Assembly (NCBI GenBank): GCA_963841645.1
Contig: CAWJDS010000017.1
Location: forward strand, 215,609 to 279,608
From: an uncultured Gammaproteobacteria bacterium
Lineage (GTDB): Bacteria; Pseudomonadota; Gammaproteobacteria; Steroidobacterales; Rariloculaceae
DNA: 64,000 nt
Reading direction: 5' to 3'
In this document: in pieces, positions 48,181 through 57,995 of the stretch
Position numbering within the stretch: position 1 is the first letter of the stretch
Layout: each line of letters starts with the position of its first letter
Made by a program: the position numbers and the translations under genes
Notes under the pieces: generated by a model
Told to the model about the DNA's origin: nothing
What the model saw: the letters and a program-made list of their open reading frames with translations, nothing else
Database searches by the model: none

Positions 48181-49002
48181 ATGGGCCGCATCCTCACGAT
48201 CGCGCACCTGACGTTCATCGAGGCGTGCCGCCGAAAGATCGTGCCGGCCGTGCTGTTGTGCAGCGCGTTGTTCCTGCTCGTCTACGGCACGTCACTTTAC
48301 TTCATCAACTTGAACATCCCTCAGAGCCCGCAGCGCCAGTTCCAGCTCCAGTTCTTCGTTCTCGCGGGGCTCTATGTCGCGAACTTCCTTGCGATCGCGG
48401 CCGCCGTGCTATTGCCGGTCGACACGCTGTCGGGCGAAATCGATTCCGGAGTGATGCAAACGCTGGCGTCGAAACCGATCCGGCGCGCCGAGATCGTGAT
48501 CGGCAAGTGGCTCACGTACTGGCTGATGACCGGAAGCTATCTCGTCATCATCGCGGGCGGAGTCGTCGTCGTCGCGCGGCTCACGACCGGTTTCGCGCAG
48601 CAGCACTTGGCTCTAGCGCTGCCACTGATGCTGCTCGGTGCGACCTTCATGCTCACGGTCTCGATCGCGGGCAGCGCGCGCCTGAAGACCGTCACGAACG
48701 GCATCGTCGCGTTCGGGTTCTACGGCATCGCGTTCATCGGCGGCTGGATCGAGCAAATCGGCGCGTTCACGAGGAACGACGCGTCGCGCTATGTCGGCAC
48801 GGCGCTCTCTCTCGCAAGCCCGAGCGACGCGCTCTGGCGCCGCGCGGCCTACGAGCTCCAGCCCCCCGTGATGCGCGGCCTTCAGCTCACGCCGTTCGGG
48901 GCGGGGAGGGTGCCGAGCGACGCGATGATCTGGTGGGCCGCGGCGATCACGGCGCTCGCGCTGCTGCTTGCAATCCGCGTGATCAAGCGCCGCGCGCTGT
49001 AG
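48181..49002 (+). CDS. ABC-2-type transporter permease
   Basis: The start lies 2 nt after the ATPase stop. Six predicted hydrophobic segments. Intact 273 aa. Confidence 0.7.
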   Translation: MGRILTIAHLTFIEACRRKIVPAVLLCSALFLLVYGTSLYFINLNIPQSPQRQFQLQFFVLAGLYVANFLAIAAAVLLPVDTLSGEIDSGVMQTLASKPIRRAEIVIGKWLTYWLMTGSYLVIIAGGVVVVARLTTGFAQQHLALALPLMLLGATFMLTVSIAGSARLKTVTNGIVAFGFYGIAFIGGWIEQIGAFTRNDASRYVGTALSLASPSDALWRRAAYELQPPVMRGLQLTPFGAGRVPSDAMIWWAAAITALALLLAIRVIKRRAL

Positions 49003-49065
49003 CGCGGAATATCCAACGCGAGAAATGAGAGGCGCGCGCTGACTGCGCGCGCTACGATAACGCGC

Positions 49066-50502
49066 ATGTTGCCGAAGCCGTTCAGTTGGGAGAGAGCCGA
49101 CGCGCGTGCGGGCCGTTTCGACGGCCGGTTCATCGTCGGCGTGCTCACGACGGGCATTTACTGCCTGCCGTCCTGCAGCGCACGCCAGCCTAGGCCGGAG
49201 AACGTGCGCCTGTTCAAGACGGAAGCCGAGGCGCAGGCTGCGGGTCTTAGGCCCTGCAAGCGCTGCCGGCCGGATCTCTACTACCGCGGCGAGGATTCCG
49301 ACGCGGCGCTGTTCGCTGCGCTCGCGCAACGCGTGCGCGCGGAGCCCGCAGCGTGCGCCGACGCGGGCGCGCTCGCGCGTGCGTGCGGCGTCAGTCTCAC
49401 GAAGCTCGGCGATCTCCTGCGCACGCACGCGCATCTCACGCCGGCAGCCTGGCTCAAGCGCGAGCAAGTGCGCGCGGCCGCCCGTGCGCTGCTCGACACC
49501 GACCGGCGCGTCGTCGACGTCGGCCACACGGCTGGCTTCGAGAGCGAGGCCGCATTCCATCGTCAGTTCCTGCGCCTCACGCGGATGACTCCGGGCGCGT
49601 ACCGAGGACTGCGAGGCGCGTCCGTGTTCATGCTCCAGCTCCCGGCGGGTTACCGCGCGGCGGACGTGCTCGCGTATCACGGACGCGATCCCGAGAGCCC
49701 CGCAGAGCACGTCCGCGGCATGACGCTCGTGAAGGCGCTCGCGTTTGGCGGCGACGCGGTGGTGCTCGAGGTCGAGCTCGAGCCGCACGTCGCGTGGTGC
49801 CGGGTCCATGCCGATGCGCGAGTCATCGAGCGCCATATCGCGGGCGTGCATGCAGTCGCGCTCCGGCTGCTCGGCCTCACGCTCGACGTCGCGGGGTTCG
49901 AGACGCGGGCGGCGCGTGACCCGCGCATGGCGGCGCTGACCGCGCGCCGGCGCGGGCTGCGGCTGCCGCTCACGGCGAGTGGTTTCGACGCGCTGTGCTG
50001 GGCGATCATCGGCCAGCAGATCAACGTGACGTTCGCGAGCGCGTTGCGCCGCGAGCTGCTCGATCTTGCGGGCACCGAAGTCGGCGGCATGCGCGCGCAC
50101 CCGATCGCGGAGCGTGTTGCCCAGATTCCGGTCGACGAGCTGCGGCGCCGGCGCTTCTCGCGCACAAAGGCCGAATATCTCGTCGGCGCTGCGCAAGCCG
50201 TCGCGTCGGGGCGGCTCGAGCCCGATGCTCTTGGCGACGGCTCCGCCGTCATGGCCGAGCGCGACCTCACACGCCTGCGCGGCATCGGCACTTGGACCGC
50301 GCGCTACGTGCTGATGCGCGGCGCCGGCTTCGCGGACTGCGCGCCGGTCGGCGACGTCGCGCTCGCCGCGGCTTTGCAAAGGCTCACGGCTGCGGGCGAG
50401 CGTCCGGGGCCGGAGCAGGTCGAGGAGCTGATGCGGCCGTTCGCGCCGCACCGGAGCCTCGCGACATTCCATCTTTGGGCTAGCTTGAGGGACGCAGCAT
50501 GA
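49066..50502 (+). CDS. Ada-like regulatory domain (Zn-Cys methylphosphotriester acceptor + AraC HTH) fused to AlkA-type DNA-3-methyladenine glycosylase II
   Basis: FIVGVLTTGIYCLPSCSARQPRPENVRLF...LRPCKRCRP, AraC-type HTGFESEAAFHRQFLRLTRMTPGAY, and the HhH-GPD part LTRLRGIGTWTARYVLMRG. Intact. Confidence 0.85.
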   Translation: MLPKPFSWERADARAGRFDGRFIVGVLTTGIYCLPSCSARQPRPENVRLFKTEAEAQAAGLRPCKRCRPDLYYRGEDSDAALFAALAQRVRAEPAACADAGALARACGVSLTKLGDLLRTHAHLTPAAWLKREQVRAAARALLDTDRRVVDVGHTAGFESEAAFHRQFLRLTRMTPGAYRGLRGASVFMLQLPAGYRAADVLAYHGRDPESPAEHVRGMTLVKALAFGGDAVVLEVELEPHVAWCRVHADARVIERHIAGVHAVALRLLGLTLDVAGFETRAARDPRMAALTARRRGLRLPLTASGFDALCWAIIGQQINVTFASALRRELLDLAGTEVGGMRAHPIAERVAQIPVDELRRRRFSRTKAEYLVGAAQAVASGRLEPDALGDGSAVMAERDLTRLRGIGTWTARYVLMRGAGFADCAPVGDVALAAALQRLTAAGERPGPEQVEELMRPFAPHRSLATFHLWASLRDAA

Positions 50503-51029
50503 GCTACACGACGAACCATGAGCCGCACCGCTGGGGCACGATCGAAACGGATTTCGCGACGTTCGCCGCGTGGGTCGACGAGCGCGGCCGTCTCGTGCGC
50601 TTCAATCTGAGCGCGAAGGGCGCCGCGAAAGTGGACGCTACCGCGGTGCACGACGAGCGCGCGATCGCGCACGTGCGCAAGCAGGTCGAGGAATACTGCG
50701 CGGGCAAGCGTACGGAGTTCGACCTCGAGCTCGCGCCGACGGGCACGGAGTTCCAACGCGCTGTCTGGAACGCGCTACTCGAGATCCCGTACGGCGAGAC
50801 CCGCAGCTATGGCGAGGTCGCGCGAGCGATCGGTCAGCCGAAGGCTGCGCGCGGCGTCGGCTCCGCGAACCACGCGAATCCGATCGGGCTCATCGTGCCG
50901 TGCCACCGCGTGATCGGTGCGGACGGCAGCCTCACGGGCTACGGCGGCGGGTTGCCGCTCAAGCAGGCGCTGCTCGCGCACGAGGCCGCGCACCGGCCCG
51001 ACACTCAGCGGAGCGGGGCGCTGTTCTGA
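50499..51029 (+). CDS. ogt: methylated-DNA--protein-cysteine methyltransferase
   Basis: TEFQRAVWNALLEIPYGETRSYGEVARAIGQPKAARGVGSANHANPIGLIVPCHRVIGADGSLTGYGGG with the PCHRV active site. The ATG overlaps the Ada/AlkA stop. Confidence 0.9.
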   Translation: MSYTTNHEPHRWGTIETDFATFAAWVDERGRLVRFNLSAKGAAKVDATAVHDERAIAHVRKQVEEYCAGKRTEFDLELAPTGTEFQRAVWNALLEIPYGETRSYGEVARAIGQPKAARGVGSANHANPIGLIVPCHRVIGADGSLTGYGGGLPLKQALLAHEAAHRPDTQRSGALF

Positions 51030-51044
51030 AACCGAGGTGAGGCG

Positions 51045-51977
51045 ATGATCGCGATCGGACGACTCTGCGTCGGACTGGCGCTCGCGGCGGGTTGCGTCGG
51101 CACGGTGCGCGCGCAGCCGGCACCCCAAAGCGACAGCGAGTTCCACATCACCGCCTGGGCGCCGAAGGCGGTCGATCTGCCACCGTACGTGGGCGTGAAT
51201 CGCGCCACATTGGAAGCTCGCCGACCTTCTCGTGGCTCACCGCAACGATAAGGACTGGAGCCAAACGCTCGTCGAGGATCGGCATCTCGTCGCGAGCTAC
51301 GTCTCGATGGCCGCGGGCGGCCGGACGCCGCGACGCTTCCACCCCGACACGCCGATCTTCTGGGTCGTCGAGCGCGGGCAGATCCGGTTCACGATCGAAG
51401 GTCAGCCGCCATTCGTCGCGTCGAAAGGATTTCTAGTGCAAGTGCCGTATCGCACGCCGTACGAGCTCGAAACCGTGGGCGACGAGCCGTCGCTGCGGCT
51501 CGAGGTCGCGGTGGCGGGTGCGAGCACGTTGTATCCGCTCGACGTGAAGCCGGTGCCGGTGCCCGGCAAGCAGTTCGTCGAGGTCACGATGCCGGGGCGA
51601 GGGAAATACGACGAGATCAATCGACCGTATCTCGACTTTCCAACCGACGTGGTTCGCGGCGCGCGCCGTCCGGGCTTCTTCGTGCGCGACGATCACGTGA
51701 TGGCCGTGCTGATCCGCGGCAAGGGCGCTCCGCCGCCGCCCGAAAGCGATCGCGGCCACATGCATCTCGACTACGGCGAGCTCTGGCTGATGCTCGAAGG
51801 CAAGACGGATTACCTGATCGAGGGCGTGCCGCTGTTCACGGCCGACGAAGGCGACGTGGTCTACGCGCCCGCCGGCCGCTTCCATCGCCCGACGTTCGGC
51901 GGCAGCGGCATGTCGACGCGGCTTGGGATCAACGGATTCTACGCGGGCGTGCACGTCGAGCCCGGCACCGAGCGTAA
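51045..51977 (+). pseudogene. exported bicupin-like protein (frameshift ~51205; 3' end uncertain)
   Basis: Signal MIAIGRLCVGLALAAGCVGTVRA is in frame 3, and the body is in frame 1 (FHPDTPIFWVVERGQIRFTIEG; HMHLDYGELWLMLEGKTDYLIEGVPLFTADEGDVVYAPAGRFHRP). Frame 1 never stops before running antisense into yebC. The end is set at TAA 51975-51977 in another frame and is a guess. Confidence 0.5.
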
Positions 51978-52041
51978 CGCTGGCGAGCGTCGCGCGCGCG
52001 TCGCTCGGCGCGATGCGCCGATCGCGCGCGACGCGCGAGCG

Positions 52042-52764
52042 TCAGAGCAGCGAGTGGAAGACGTTCTGCACGTCGTCGTCCTGCTCGAGCTTGTCGACCA
52101 GCTTGAGCACCTCGGTCGCCTGCGCCTCCGGCAGCTCGACCGGCGTCGTGCGACGTACTCGGACTCGGCCGAGATCGGCGTGATGCCGCGCTCCTCGAGC
52201 GCCTTCTGCAGCTGGCCGAAGTCGGCGAACGCGCAGCGCACGACGAGCTGCGGCTCGCCCTTCTCGCCGGTGCTCTCGCCCATCTCCTCGAGGCCGTGGT
52301 CGATCAGGTCGAGCTCGAGCTCGTCCGACGTCGATGCCGTCGGGATTCAGGCGGAACACGCCCATCTTGCGTGAACAGGAACGCGACGCTGCCGGTCGCG
52401 CCCAGGTTGCCGCCGCCCTTGTTGAAGATCGCGCGCACGTTCGCGACCGTGCGCGTCGGGTTGTCGGTCGCGCTCTCGACGATCACCGCGACGCCGTGCG
52501 GCGCGTAGCCTTCGTAGAGGATCTGCTCGTAGTTCGTCGCGTCCTTGCCGGACGCGCGCTTGATCGCCGCCTCGACCTTGTCCTTCGGCATGTTGACCGC
52601 GCGCGCGTTCTGGATGACGCGGCGCAGCGCGGGATTGGAGTCGGGATCGGGCCGCCGGCCTTGACCGCGATCGTGATCTCCTTGCCGATGCGCGCGAACG
52701 CCTTGGACATCCGGTCCCAGCGCGCGAACATCGTGTGCTTGCGGACTTCGAAGATGCGTCCCAT
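52042..52764 (-). pseudogene. yebC: YebC/PmpR-family transcriptional regulator (about four frameshifts as read)
   Basis: [147 protein letters not shown]-stop. These are spread over all three frames. Confidence 0.8.
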
Positions 52765-52830
52765 AAGGCGCGAATTCTCGCACGCCGCGGGCGGCCGCGT
52801 CCCACCTCGCAAACCGTTTCGCGTGGCTCG

Positions 52831-55205
52831 CTAGAAAAGGTCGGCCTGGCGGCGTCGCCGATCACCTGCTCGAAGTCGAGGCCGAGCGCGTCGAGCACCG
52901 GCTCCGCGACCGGCCGCACCTGCTTGTCGACGTAGTGCTCGCGGTCGAGCGGGTGCTGCAGGTTGTCGAGCGGCTCCGGCCCCGCCGTGGTCATCACGTA
53001 GCTGATCGAGGCGGCCCGGCGGCTGCGTCGACTTGCGCGCCGCGGCAACGTGCGGCGGCGTGCGTCGCGGTGTAGTCCTCGGCCGCCTTGCGCAGGTTCT
53101 TGCGATAGACGAGCGCGTCGTCGAGCTCGCCGCGCGCGCACGCGCCGCACGACGTCCGCGAGGTACGCGTCGACGGGCTGATCGGTGAACAGCCGCCGAT
53201 AGAGCTCGCGCTGCACCTGCTTCGCGAGCGCCGTCCAGTCGCGGCGCACGACTTCCATGCCGACGAATTCGACGTCGTGCTCGGCCGTCGCGCGCCGTGA
53301 ACGAGGCCGGCGTAGCGCTTGCTCGCGCCGCGCGTGCTGTGCCGCGCGCTGCGGCAGGAAGAGCTTGCAGGTACAGCTTCTCGAACTCGAGCTCGAGCCG
53401 GCTCTCGCACGCGCCAGCGCTCCGCGATGTACGTCGCGAGCTCGGCGTTCAGCTGCGACGCGGCCAGCGCTGCCTCTGCCCGTGCGGCGCGTCCGCGATC
53501 GTCGTGCCGGAGCGCACGAACAGGCTGTCGGTGTCGCCGTAGAGCACGTCGTAAGCCCGCGCTCTCGAACCAGCCTTCGACCACAGCAGCATCTCGCGGC
53601 CGATGCCCGGTGATCGCGTTCGCGAGCGCCGGGTTGTAGAAGCGGCAGGCCGGCGTGCCGAGCACGCCGTAGAACGAGTTCATCAGGATCTTGATGGCGT
53701 GCGACGCCACGTCGTCGCCGCGCTTGCTTCGCCGCCTCGCGCCGCGGGAACAGCTCGTCGAGCATGCGCGGCAGGATCGCCGGCTCGCGCCGGAACGCGC
53801 CGCCCGGCGTCTCGATCAGATCGTCGTCCGGGCGCCGGGCTCGGCGACGTAGCGCGAGCGGATCGATGTTGAACGTGCGGATGAGGCTCGGATACAGGCT
53901 CTTGAAGTCGAACACCCACACGTTCGCGTGCAGCCCGGTGATCGGCTCGAGCACGTGACCGCCCTGCTGCGCCGCGTACACGCGCGAGTCGTCGCAGCGC
54001 ACGGTCGGCGCGACGATGCGGCGCTGCTCGAGCTCGCGCGAGATACAGGAAGTCGAACGACGCGATGCTCGCCGCGACGCGATCGGGCGTCATGCCGGTC
54101 AAGCTGGCTGCGCGCGAACGCGAGCGCGCACGAGATTGAGCTTCTCGACGATCTGATACGCGAGCCGCGCGTCGGTGCGCGCGTAGAGCGCGAACGCCGG
54201 CAGGTCGTGCTCGATAGTTGTGCAGGATCTCGCCGATGCGATCGCGCACGTCGCCGTCGAGCGCCTTGCCTTCGCCCAGCACTTCGCGCGCGACCGCGTC
54301 GAGCGAGTAGTCGTCCATGCGCACGAAGGCGCCGCGCAGCAGGTCGATGCCGTCGAGCACGACGCGGCCCGGGATCGCTGGCCTGGCCGCTGCCGAAGTA
54401 GCCTTCGGCCTTGCGCAGCCGCATGCGCGCCGCGTCGCGGCCGAGCTCGAACGGATGCCGCAGCGCGCGCCGCGATCCGCTGCAGCACCGTGAGATCGAA
54501 GTCGATCGTGTTCCAGCCGGTGAGCACGTCGGGATCGAGCGTCGCGCACGCGCTCGCAGAACGCGTCGAGCGCTGCGCGCTCGTCGGCGCAGCGCATCGG
54601 CCTTCTCCGGCATCGCGCGCGCGCCGCCGTCGACGATGAGCACCTCGTCGACGCCCGGCGCGTACAGCGAGATCGCGAGCAGCCGCTCGCCTTCGGGATC
54701 GGTCTCGATGTCGAACGACAGCACGCGCGGCTCGACCTCGACCTGCGCCGGCCGCAGCATCGGGATTGTCGAAGATCGAGCGAGACGCGCTCGGCGCTCG
54801 TGCGCGGCTCGCCTTCGATCTCGCAGCCGCCCTTGATGCCGCGCTCGATGAGGTAGCGCGATCGCGAAGCGCACGTCGGCCTCGAACGTGTCGATGCCGT
54901 GCGGCGTGCAGCCGATCGCGCAGCGCCGGCACGTCGGCCGGCACCTCGACCTCGATGCGCACGACGGGCGCGCCGTCGAACGTGCGCTCGTCCGATGGGC
55001 TGCGAGCCGGCGGCGCCGAGCGCGCGCGCGCGTTGCGCATCGGCTGCGCGGATGTAGAAGTGCGGACGCTGCCGATCGTCGCGCACGAGGAACGTGCCGC
55101 CGTCCTCGAGCCGACCGTAGAGGTGCACGACGGGACGCGCTCGCCACTCTCGCCGGTCTCGACGCGGTAGCTCGCCTGCAGAATGAAGCCGCGGTGCGCG
55201 TTCAC
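52831..55205 (-). pseudogene. polB: family B DNA polymerase (Pol II type), at least ten frameshifts as read
   Basis: N-terminus (GTG 55205) NAHRGFILQASYRVETG...VHLYGRLEDGGTFLV. ExoI SFDIETDP (~54698-54720). TGWNTIDFDLTVL. Motif A VFDFKSLYPS (~53889-53915). Motif B KILMNSFYG (~53666-53695). Motif C LYGDTDS (~53524-53544). C-terminus RQADLF-stop (52831-52833). Confidence 0.85.
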
Positions 55206-55371
55206 GACGCTAGTTTGCACCAGCTCGTTGGCCGCGCGCCGTCGTTCGAACCGAGTTCGTTCTGGTATGCGTCGCCGGTGAGCAACATCGGCAGCGCAAG
55301 CCCGACCGAACGAGACTTCGGTCCTGGCCGCGCGGGTCGGGCTGCAATATCGTGTGGCGGCCGGGAGAACG

Positions 55372-56838
55372 ATGAAGCCCAAGGTTTCCAGACGATTGGC
55401 ACTTCGAGGTGCCGTCGGCGCTGCGCTCGTCGCGGCGCTGCCGCGCGCGGCGCGTTCGCAGAGCGACACGAAGGCGTCGCCGACCACAGCCGATCTCACC
55501 GGCCGTCTCGCGCGCTACATGGCCGACGCGCGCACGCGCGCGTTGCCGGAGCGCGTCGTCGTCGCGGCGAAGCAGAGGATCCTCGACACGCTCGCGGCGA
55601 TCGTCTCGGGCGCGCGCCTCGCGCCCGGCAAGCTCGCGATCGACTACGTGCGTACGCTCGGCGGCACGGCCGAGGCGTGCGTCGCGACGACGAGCATCGT
55701 GACGACCGCCGTCGAAGCCGCGTTCGCGAACGCAATGTGCGCGCATGCGGACGAGACGGATGACTTCCACCCGCTCACGAAAGCGCATCCCGGCTGCGCC
55801 GTCGTGCCGGCCGCGCTCGCGATGGCCGAGCGGGAGCATGCATCCGGCGCCGCGCTGATCGCGGCGGTCGTGCTCGGCTACGACGTCTGCTGTCGGTTTC
55901 TGATGGCGCTCGGGCCCGACGCGGTGCGCGCGAGCGAGCAGAGCGCCGAGGGCGTGAGCTCGACGTTCGGTGCAGCGGCGGCCGCCGCGTCGCTCGCGGG
56001 CTTCGACGAACGCCGGATGCGCTACGCGATCTCGTACGCCGCGCAGCAGGCGTCGGGCGTCTGGAGGTGGGAGCGCGACGAGGAGCACGTCGAGAAGGCA
56101 TTCGATTTCGCGGGCATGGGTGCTCGCAACGGCGTGATGGGCGCGACGCTGATCGCCGCGGGCTTCACGGGCGTCGCGGACGCGCTCGACGCCGCGCCGA
56201 ACGTGTTTCACGCGCATTCGCCGCTACCGTCGCCCGACGAGATTGTCGCGGAGCTCGGCGCGCGGTTCTACGTCGCGGAGACTGCGATCAAGACGTTTCC
56301 GGTCGGCTATCCGATTCAAGCGCCGCTGACCGCGTTCCTGCGTCTGCGCGAGCGGCACGGATTCGACCCGGACGAGGTGCGTCACATCACTCTGCGGCTG
56401 CCACCCGACGGCGCGAAGATCGTCGACAACAGCGCGATGCCTGACGTCAACGTGCAGCACATCATCGCGATCGCGCTGCTCGACCGGCGCATCACATTCG
56501 AGAACAGCCACGCACGCGAGCGGCTCACGGATCCGCGCGTGCTCGCGGTGCGCGAGCGCATCGAGCTCGTCGCCGATCCCGCGCTCGTCGACGCGGCCGC
56601 GCCGCGTAGCGGACTCGTCGAAGTGACGTTGACCGACGGCCAGAGGCTTCGCGAGCTCGTGAAGCACGCGCCCGGGACGCCGGAGAACCCACTCGACACT
56701 GCGGGCGTGAACGCGAAAGCGCGCGAGCTCATCGCGCCGGTGCTCGGCAGCGAGCGTGCCGAAACGCTGATTGCGCGCGTCGGCGCGCTCGAGCGAATTC
56801 CCGACCTGCGCGAGCTCCGACCGGCGCTCATGAGCTGA
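55372..56838 (+). CDS. MmgE/PrpD-family protein with a Tat-type signal peptide
   Basis: gggaga lies upstream of ATG 55372. MKPKVSRRLALRGAVGAALVAALPRAARS. PrpD-like body (AKQRILDTLAAIVSG, HADETDDFH, HPGCAVVPAALA, TFPVGYPIQAP). Intact. Confidence 0.85.
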   Translation: MKPKVSRRLALRGAVGAALVAALPRAARSQSDTKASPTTADLTGRLARYMADARTRALPERVVVAAKQRILDTLAAIVSGARLAPGKLAIDYVRTLGGTAEACVATTSIVTTAVEAAFANAMCAHADETDDFHPLTKAHPGCAVVPAALAMAEREHASGAALIAAVVLGYDVCCRFLMALGPDAVRASEQSAEGVSSTFGAAAAAASLAGFDERRMRYAISYAAQQASGVWRWERDEEHVEKAFDFAGMGARNGVMGATLIAAGFTGVADALDAAPNVFHAHSPLPSPDEIVAELGARFYVAETAIKTFPVGYPIQAPLTAFLRLRERHGFDPDEVRHITLRLPPDGAKIVDNSAMPDVNVQHIIAIALLDRRITFENSHARERLTDPRVLAVRERIELVADPALVDAAAPRSGLVEVTLTDGQRLRELVKHAPGTPENPLDTAGVNAKARELIAPVLGSERAETLIARVGALERIPDLRELRPALMS

Positions 56839-57125
56839 CCGGCCGCGATCGGCGGTCGGTCTGGATCAGGCGTTGCAAAATCGGTGTGATCGGCACGCGC
56901 CAGCGTGCCGCCCCGTCCGCTTGTCGAGCGCCGCCGCCTGCATTGCTGTACACTGCACGGAGTCGGATTCGCCGGCGTCCTCCCCACCAAAGGAACGCAC
57001 GTGAGCACATCGCTTTACGTGAGCCGTTTCCCATTGTCGACCGCGGCAGATAGGGCTCACACCGCCAACCAACCGAACGCGGAGCGGCTCGCGCTCCTGC
57101 TGCCGGCCGGTCGAGCGGCTAGCCG

Positions 57126-57443
57126 TTGATCGGCATGCGCCCCGGAAACACCACCGGAGACGGATCGGTCGCAGTGGTGCTCGACGCCTATCGACTCGTG
57201 TCGATCGAGAGCACGATCGCTCCCGCGCCCGCCGACGGAGACGATTGGCTCGTGTACACGATCTCGCAAGGCACGAACGTCGTCACGGGCTATCGGCGCG
57301 GCACTCGCGCGAGCGTCACTTACGAGGTCGAGCGGATCGTAGAGGCGTTCAACGATCGCCTGATGGTGCGGCCTCGAGTCAACCGCTGGACCGGCAAGCC
57401 GGTCGCGCCCAACCCGCGGGGGTTGCTGCCGAACGCGCGCTAA
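57126..57443 (+). CDS. small hypothetical protein (~102-105 aa)
   Basis: Balanced composition (VAVVLDAYRLVSIESTIAPAPADGDDWLVYTISQGTNVVTGYRRGTRASVTYEVERIVEAFNDRL). TTG 57126 or ATG 57135. No family recognised. Confidence 0.45.
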   Translation: MIGMRPGNTTGDGSVAVVLDAYRLVSIESTIAPAPADGDDWLVYTISQGTNVVTGYRRGTRASVTYEVERIVEAFNDRLMVRPRVNRWTGKPVAPNPRGLLPNAR

Positions 57444-57925
57444 ACCCAGCGTCGAACCCGGTTCTTGTACGCGCCGAACGCCGCGCCGAACGTGCGTTCC
57501 ATGCTCCGCTCTTCGAACGGAATGATCACGAAGTGGTCGAGCACGAACAGCACCACGGGAACGGCCCACATGAGCCACGTGCCCGCGACGAGCGCCGCGC
57601 CGATCCCAGTCACGAGATTCCCGAGATACATCGGGTTGCGCGAAACCAGAAACGGACCGCTCGCGACAACCGTGGTGTGGGCGTCCGATGACGGTTTGAG
57701 CTGCGCCCGGTGCATCCTGAACGTCACAGCCGCCCAGACGCTGAACGCGAAGCCGGCGAGAATCAGGATTTCCCCCGTCAGTCGATGCTGAACGACGGCC
57801 GACGTCTGGAGCAGCACGTTGACGCCGAGCGCGAGGATGACCAGCCCGATCAGCCACAGCGGCGTCGGGATCTGGACGATCCAGGACGGCTTGCTCGTAG
57901 CGGCGACCGTTTCGATCTTTGCCAT
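57440..57925 (-). CDS. isoprenylcysteine carboxyl methyltransferase (ICMT/PEMT-like) family membrane protein
   Basis: SGPFLVSRNPMYLGNLVTGIG...IIPFEERSMERTFGAAFGAYKNRVRRWV. Four or five TM segments. Confidence 0.8.
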   Translation of the reverse strand: MAKIETVAATSKPSWIVQIPTPLWLIGLVILALGVNVLLQTSAVVQHRLTGEILILAGFAFSVWAAVTFRMHRAQLKPSSDAHTTVVASGPFLVSRNPMYLGNLVTGIGAALVAGTWLMWAVPVVLFVLDHFVIIPFEERSMERTFGAAFGAYKNRVRRWV

Positions 57926-57995
57926 GTCCGGAGTATAGGCGGACTACTTCGATGGCGGGCAATCGCGCGACCGCGGCGGCGCGAGCGCGGAGCGG

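Noticed and set aside
48613-50472. 619-aa ORF on the minus strand
   Set aside because: It is antisense to the ABC-2 permease and Ada/AlkA genes. Its composition is Arg/Ala/Pro-dominated and typical of off-strand ORFs in GC-rich DNA, and it has no family motifs.
55210-56217. 335-aa minus-strand ORF
   Set aside because: It is antisense to the MmgE/PrpD-family gene and Arg-rich.
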